A stretch of DNA of 64,000 bases, taken from contig CAVUPH010000014.1 in NCBI GenBank assembly GCA_963743305.1, positions 160,001 to 224,000 of the forward strand, in the 5' to 3' direction. The stretch is from an uncultured delta proteobacterium. GTDB taxonomy: Bacteria > Desulfobacterota > RBG-13-43-22. The stretch's first letter is position 1. Each line of letters opens with the position of its first letter. Made by a program: the position numbers and the translations under genes. Below, in pieces: positions 58,889-64,000 of the stretch. The notes beneath the pieces were generated by a model. That model was not told where the DNA came from. It made no database searches and saw only the letters and a list, made by a program, of their open reading frames with translations.

Positions 58889-60210
58889 GCTTAACCCCTA
58901 CTTCTTGGAAAGCCTTTCAAACCCTGGCCCAGGAAACAGAGACCATCTGCAATTACGGACGCACCACTCAGGTGATTGGATTGGTTATTGAGGGCCAGGG
59001 GCCCCGGGCGGCCGTGGGCGATATTTGCCACATCGAAAAGAATGATAAGAGTCGAAAAATCCCGGCTGAAGTGGTCGGGTTTCGGGACCAAAAGATATTA
59101 CTAATGCCCTTCGGAGCGAGTCAGGGGATTGAACCCGGATGCCGGATTATACCGGCCGGTTTTCCGGCCCTGGCCCAGGTGGGGGAAGGGCTGCTCGGGC
59201 GGGTGATCGACGGCCTGGGGGAACCGCTGGACCAGAAAGGACCGCTCCTCCTGGAAGAAACGCTACCTTTCCAGGTTAAGGCCGTTAATCCGGTATTAAG
59301 AAAAAGAATTTCAGAACCCATCGATGTGGGGCTCAAGGCCATTAATGGGCTGCTGACCTTGGGCCGGGGACAACGCCTGGCCATCATGGCCGGGTCTGGG
59401 GTGGGAAAGAGCACCCTGCTCGGGATGATGGCCCGCCATACTTCGGCGGAGGTTTCCGTGATCGCCCTGATCGGGGAACGGGGGAGGGAAGTCCGGGAAT
59501 TTATCGAGAAAGATTTGGGGGCGGAGGGGCTGAAACGATCAGTGGTCGTGGTGGCTACCTCCGACCAGCCACCCTTGATCCGTATCCGGGGAGCATACCT
59601 GGCAACGGTGATTGCCGAATTTTTTCGGAACCGGAAAAAAAACGTGCTTTTTATGATGGATTCGATCACCCGTTTTGCTATGGCTTCCCGGGAAGTGGGC
59701 CTGGCCGTGGGGGAGCCGCCGACCACCAAAGGCTACACTCCCAGCGTCTATGCCCAACTACCGGGTCTGCTGGAGCGGGTCGGGACGACTCCCGGTCTGG
59801 GGAGCATCACCGGGATCTATACGGTGCTGACAGAAGCCGACGATATCAATGACCCTATCGCCGACGCGGTACGTTCCGTGGCCGATGGACATATCGTGCT
59901 TTCCCGGGATTTGGCCAACCAAAATCATTACCCGGCCATCGATATCCTGGGCAGTATCAGCCGGGTTATGCCCGATGTGGTGGATCGAGACCAGTTAGCG
60001 GCCCGCAACCAACTGATCGCCACTATGGCCGTTTACAAAAAAGCGGAAGACCTGATTAACCTCGGAGCCTATGTGACCGGGAGTAATCCCCAGATTGACC
60101 AAGCCATTAAAAAGATGCCGGAGATCAACGCCTTCCTTCGACAAGGGGTTGAGGAAAAAGTGGATTTTGCCTCTGCCTTGATGCAACTGAAAGCGCTGGC
60201 GAGTCAATAA
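58885..60210 (+). CDS. fliI: Flagellar export ATPase FliI
   Basis: AGSGVGKS, LIGERGREV, MDSITRFA, PPTTKGY, DGHIVL. Confidence 0.95.
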   Translation: MSLTPTSWKAFQTLAQETETICNYGRTTQVIGLVIEGQGPRAAVGDICHIEKNDKSRKIPAEVVGFRDQKILLMPFGASQGIEPGCRIIPAGFPALAQVGEGLLGRVIDGLGEPLDQKGPLLLEETLPFQVKAVNPVLRKRISEPIDVGLKAINGLLTLGRGQRLAIMAGSGVGKSTLLGMMARHTSAEVSVIALIGERGREVREFIEKDLGAEGLKRSVVVVATSDQPPLIRIRGAYLATVIAEFFRNRKKNVLFMMDSITRFAMASREVGLAVGEPPTTKGYTPSVYAQLPGLLERVGTTPGLGSITGIYTVLTEADDINDPIADAVRSVADGHIVLSRDLANQNHYPAIDILGSISRVMPDVVDRDQLAARNQLIATMAVYKKAEDLINLGAYVTGSNPQIDQAIKKMPEINAFLRQGVEEKVDFASALMQLKALASQ

Positions 60211-60213
60211 TCC

Positions 60214-60663
60214 ATGGCTTTTACCTTCCGACTGCAGTCCCTGTACCTTTGGCGAAAGAATTTAGAAGAGTTGTCCCAGCTCCGCTTGGCCGGGTACCTT
60301 CAAGCCCTGGCCGGCCAGGAGGAACGAATGAAGAAACTCCGGGAGGTCCGGAAGGCCTATGATGGGGAATGCCGACAAAAGGCCGGACAGGGGGCAACGG
60401 TCTGCGACCTGATCCTCTATCTGGATTATTCAAATGATAGTTTTCAACAACTGGAGGTCCTGGAACTGGAGCGCCAAAAAAACTTGAAAATTATCGAAAC
60501 GGAACGGCAAAAACTGATGAACTTAACCCGGGAAAGAAAAATTTTGGAGAAGCTCAAGGAACGGCAGTTTATCAAATTTTTATCCGAGCAGGAAAAAAAG
60601 GAACGAAAAGCGTCGGATGACCTGCTGGTGCAACGGCGTCCCGTTTCCAGGAAAGGCATCTAA
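60214..60663 (+). CDS. fliJ: Flagellar export protein FliJ
   Basis: MAFTFRLQ, ERKILEKLKE, E.K..DD; follows fliI. Confidence 0.85.
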   Translation: MAFTFRLQSLYLWRKNLEELSQLRLAGYLQALAGQEERMKKLREVRKAYDGECRQKAGQGATVCDLILYLDYSNDSFQQLEVLELERQKNLKIIETERQKLMNLTRERKILEKLKERQFIKFLSEQEKKERKASDDLLVQRRPVSRKGI

Positions 60664-60667
60664 CCCC

Positions 60668-61267
60668 GTGGGAACAAGGAAAGGGAGCGCCTTTTTTTAT
60701 TACTTGCTGGGCCTGCAGGTTTTTTTGCTGGTCTTATTAATCGCTAAGGTCAGCCTGTCCGGACTTCAATCTTCGGATAGACCGAAAATAAGACCCGACG
60801 CGATTCAGGGGCGGCAAACTGTGCGAATCGAGACGACACCCCAAACACCCGCCGCTGACGCCTGGACCAAGGATCCGGAAATCCTGAAAGCCCTGCAGGA
60901 GAAGTCCCGGGCCCTTGAAAATCAGAAACAACAGGTGGACCAAAAAGAGAAGGATTTGGCCCGGATTCAAATGGAGATCGACGGAAAAATAAATCAGTTA
61001 AATCAGCTACAGGTTCAATTAAAAAAAATAGTGGACCAATCTAAAACGATTCAGGATAAAAAGATTCAGCATCTTTCAGAAATTTTTTGCGCCATGCTAC
61101 CGGATAAAGCGGCCCGAATGATTGAGAAGCTGGACGACAAAACCGTTACCGATGTATTTCAAATCATGCGCAGCAAGGAAGTTGGTGGAATTTTGTCCCA
61201 TCTGGATCCCGCCCGCGCTGCCAGGATCAGTGCTAACTTGAGTCTGTTGACCCCCCGGGCGAATTAA
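60668..61267 (+). CDS. MotE/MgtE_N-like flagellar protein
   Basis: TM helix, coiled coil, IF.AM.PDKAA, M..KEVG.IL..LDP..AA. Confidence 0.75.
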   Translation: MGTRKGSAFFYYLLGLQVFLLVLLIAKVSLSGLQSSDRPKIRPDAIQGRQTVRIETTPQTPAADAWTKDPEILKALQEKSRALENQKQQVDQKEKDLARIQMEIDGKINQLNQLQVQLKKIVDQSKTIQDKKIQHLSEIFCAMLPDKAARMIEKLDDKTVTDVFQIMRSKEVGGILSHLDPARAARISANLSLLTPRAN

Positions 61268-61418
61268 GGAAAAAAATTTCTGCCCTGTCCCGCCTAGCCT
61301 GGAAAAATTTGCCGCTCAGCGCGACCCTCAGGGGCGGCCTTACCTTTCGTTTATTGTAACTTCTCGAAAATACAACTAAAAAAAATGGCCCTGGGCGGGG
61401 CTGGAAGAGTTTTAATGA

Positions 61419-61434
61419 TGGCACGACCATTGCT
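61419..61434 (+). promoter_or_regulatory. sigma54 promoter of the fliK-flgD operon
   Basis: TGGCAC-GACCA-TTGCT. Confidence 0.85.
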
Positions 61435-61452
61435 TTACCTTGTGGTCAAACC

Positions 61453-63318
61453 ATGGAAACACTTGCCCCCAGCCCCTTGACCCGGTTAAATATCGCGGAC
61501 GCTCCCCCGGAGTTTGCTCCGAAAAATCCGCCGGAGCGCTTTGCCCAAGTAATGTCCCGTCAAGAAAAGTCTAGCCGCCCTAAAGAAAATCGGATGGCTT
61601 TAGAGCGGGAGGAGCGGGAGCGAAAATTCCTTTGCCCCGCCAAAAAGAAAGCCAAACAGGAGAGCCCGGACCCGGTAACTGATCCGGAAGTCACGGCCTT
61701 GCTAACACCCCCGACATCGAATACCGTCCTCCCGAGTCCCCCGAGCCCACAACAGGACCTAAAGGACCCGACTTTGTTCCTGAAACCCGAGGGCCTGGCC
61801 CCCAATCCGGCCCTCGCCTCGACGGATCAAATCGGGGCCGGTTCCAGGATCCAGCCCGGGCCGCTGGATATCCTTACTAAAGTCGCCTCCTCGGAGGTTA
61901 AGCCGCAGGATTCGCTTCTGGTAGCGGACCTCGAAGACCAGACTTTTCCCCTTAAAATCATACCCCTGGCCTCTAATTCGGCCATAGCCTCTACGGATCA
62001 AATCGGTCCCGGTGCCCAGAGCCAGCCCGGGCCGGAGGATTTCCTTAGTCCCAGCGAATCCGGACCTGGATCTGCTCCGGCCGCTGTTCAGCCCTTAGGG
62101 ACCTTGAGAGAAAACCCGTTGTTTTCAAAGGATTTTGAAGGTCTGATCCTTTTCCCCACCCCGGAATCTTTAACCATTGAACAAAAGGTTTCTCCGGAGG
62201 CGACGGGGAACGTTACGCGGTCTTCCCAGACAACGACGGAAAACAATCTGTCGTTCTCCCCCCAGGGTCCGGCCATCCCGGAGACTACCTCGGCAGTTGA
62301 TGGTCCGGACCCCTCCCCTTCGTTAATTCTCCAGGAGATCGCGCTGAAAGGCCAGGCTGGCGCGCCCCCTGCCCAAGAGATAAAACCCGAATCTCAGGAA
62401 CCCTCTTTAGTAACCTTCCCCAGGACGGAAAAGGTCGCTACCGCGCCAATAGTGGAGGGCCCGCCGTCCGTGGAGGCGATCCGGGTTGCCTCCAATTCGC
62501 AAACAGTAAAGATTTCCACTACGGACACCTCTCCGCCGACTTCGAAAGAGATCCTTTCTAGCAGGGAAATCTCCTCCTTGGCAAAGGCGGAAGGAGCACC
62601 TGCCCCCGAGAGGACCTCCCCGAGATTAGCCGGCCTGGGTCCGGAACCTTCTTCCCTTCACCAGGCCCCGCTGGAAAAAGTGGAACCGGGGATCACCCTC
62701 CGGATTCCTGGTGAAAATCTGGCCGCTTCCGGGGATCAGGAGACGAATAATCCTTCCCGGATCCAGAACGACACCCACCACGGAAGTATAACCGAGTTCC
62801 TCAACCAACCCAGAATCGAAGGGATCTCGGCCGATCGTCCCATTGAGGGGCCACCGAAAGCGTCTCCGGAATGGACCAAAGAGGCCCTCTCTGTTTATCA
62901 GCAGTATAGCAAAGGGCTTCTCCGGACTCTCCAGCAGGGTGGAGAACGTATTCAAATGACCCTCGATCCGCCTCAATTGGGCAACATTTTACTGGAAATT
63001 AACCGTGACCGAAACTTCGTTACCGCCCATTTGTGGACCGACAATCCCCACACCAAGGAACTGTTGGACTTCAGCCGGGGGCAACTTCAAAAGACGCTGG
63101 AATCGGACGGCTTCAAACTCGACCGGTTCGAAGTCCTGGTGCAGCCGGACTTAAAGTCCTTTCAGGAGGGGCGCTGGTTCGGGGGCGGGCAACCGGCCTG
63201 GGAAAACAACCGGCAAGAAGGGAGCCGCGCCTCGCCGGCCGCGCTGATCCCCACTTCTCCGGGGACGGTACCTCTCCGTTTCAGCCAGGGCAATCAATAC
63301 GTGGACACTTGGGTCTAA
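61453..63318 (+). CDS. fliK: Hook-length control protein FliK
   Basis: Long Pro/Ser-rich region; C-terminal MTLDPPQLGNI...L...L..DG; precedes flgD. Confidence 0.85.
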   Translation: METLAPSPLTRLNIADAPPEFAPKNPPERFAQVMSRQEKSSRPKENRMALEREERERKFLCPAKKKAKQESPDPVTDPEVTALLTPPTSNTVLPSPPSPQQDLKDPTLFLKPEGLAPNPALASTDQIGAGSRIQPGPLDILTKVASSEVKPQDSLLVADLEDQTFPLKIIPLASNSAIASTDQIGPGAQSQPGPEDFLSPSESGPGSAPAAVQPLGTLRENPLFSKDFEGLILFPTPESLTIEQKVSPEATGNVTRSSQTTTENNLSFSPQGPAIPETTSAVDGPDPSPSLILQEIALKGQAGAPPAQEIKPESQEPSLVTFPRTEKVATAPIVEGPPSVEAIRVASNSQTVKISTTDTSPPTSKEILSSREISSLAKAEGAPAPERTSPRLAGLGPEPSSLHQAPLEKVEPGITLRIPGENLAASGDQETNNPSRIQNDTHHGSITEFLNQPRIEGISADRPIEGPPKASPEWTKEALSVYQQYSKGLLRTLQQGGERIQMTLDPPQLGNILLEINRDRNFVTAHLWTDNPHTKELLDFSRGQLQKTLESDGFKLDRFEVLVQPDLKSFQEGRWFGGGQPAWENNRQEGSRASPAALIPTSPGTVPLRFSQGNQYVDTWV

Positions 63319-63340
63319 TTCAAAAAAAGAGGAAAAGGAA

Positions 63341-64000
63341 ATGACAACCAGCGCGATAAACGCAGCCACGACGACCGGCACTTCAACCAATACGACCTCA
63401 AAAAATAATACGTTGAATCAGGCGGACTTCCTGAATATTTTTGTCACCCAGTTGAAGTATCAAGACCCCTTACAGCCATTGGATAACTCCCAGATGGCCT
63501 CTCAAATGGCCCAGTTCAGTATGGTCCAATCACTGAACAGCATGACCGAATCCATGAAGAATATGGAAAGCTCCCAGGCGGCGGTCAACAACCTGCAGGC
63601 CGCTTCCCTGGTGGGCAAGAAGGTGGAGGTCAAAGGGAGCACCCTGTCCCTCAGCCAAGGGACCGCCTCGGAAGGAAGCTACCAACTGGATAAACCGGGA
63701 AAGGTGACCATCAAGATTATGGATGATAAGGGGGGTTTGGTTCGGGTCATCGAATCCGGGGTCACGGATACCGAAAAACAAAAATTCGTCTGGGATGGCA
63801 AAAACCAGCAAGGGGCCACTTTGCCCGATGGGCAGTACAGTTTTCAAGTCTCGGCCGTCGATGCGCAGGGCACGGCCATCGGGGTCAACTCGACCATGGT
63901 AGGTAAGGTGGACGGCGTATCCCTCGATCAGGGAAAGGCCTACCTCCAGATAGGGTCCAATCAAGTTCTTTTATCGGAAATCATAGCCATTTTGGCTTAA
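63341..64000 (+). CDS. flgD: Hook capping protein FlgD
   Basis: DFL.IFVTQLKYQDPLQP, QMAQFS, WDGKN..G.TLPDG.Y. Confidence 0.95.
   Translation: MTTSAINAATTTGTSTNTTSKNNTLNQADFLNIFVTQLKYQDPLQPLDNSQMASQMAQFSMVQSLNSMTESMKNMESSQAAVNNLQAASLVGKKVEVKGSTLSLSQGTASEGSYQLDKPGKVTIKIMDDKGGLVRVIESGVTDTEKQKFVWDGKNQQGATLPDGQYSFQVSAVDAQGTAIGVNSTMVGKVDGVSLDQGKAYLQIGSNQVLLSEIIAILA

Overview
Bacterial chromosomal DNA whose gene content (ahb heme pathway, futalosine menaquinone genes, sigma54-driven flagellar cluster, CIRCE-groESL) points to an anaerobic Desulfobacterota/deltaproteobacterium (inference). Layout: (1) 1-2.3 kb, end of a ketosynthase + catalytically dead ketosynthase (KS/CLF-like) pair; (2) 2.3-16.5 kb, housekeeping genes (MFS, UvrD-like helicase, ferredoxin, moeB, Crp/Fnr, hemB-ahbD-ahbA, dgt, groESL); (3) ~16.7-30.0 kb, an integrase-less defence island with a BREX-type DUF6079 C-terminal remnant, Fic-HTH, a PD-(D/E)XK protein, a radC - fused R-M - S operon coupled to an unusual DGQHR(DndB-like)-NDT/TIR-like fusion gene and an AlbA/Schlafen-HTH gene, SbcD and hsdM remnants, an orphan Panacea gene and an MNT-HEPN pair; (4) 31-35 kb, small metabolic operons; (5) 35.4-45.4 kb, tetR plus an mqnE-mqnC operon in which an MTAP-fold gene with altered phosphate-site motifs sits where MqnB activity is needed, followed by an ABC importer; (6) 45.5-64 kb, flagellar region. 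Two families of dispersed palindromic repeats are present. Many single-base indels (even in groES) suggest assembly error, so frameshifts are not taken as proof of pseudogenisation. No rRNA, tRNA, CRISPR array, integrase or transposase was recognised. All family assignments are from motif recognition by eye; no database search was run.
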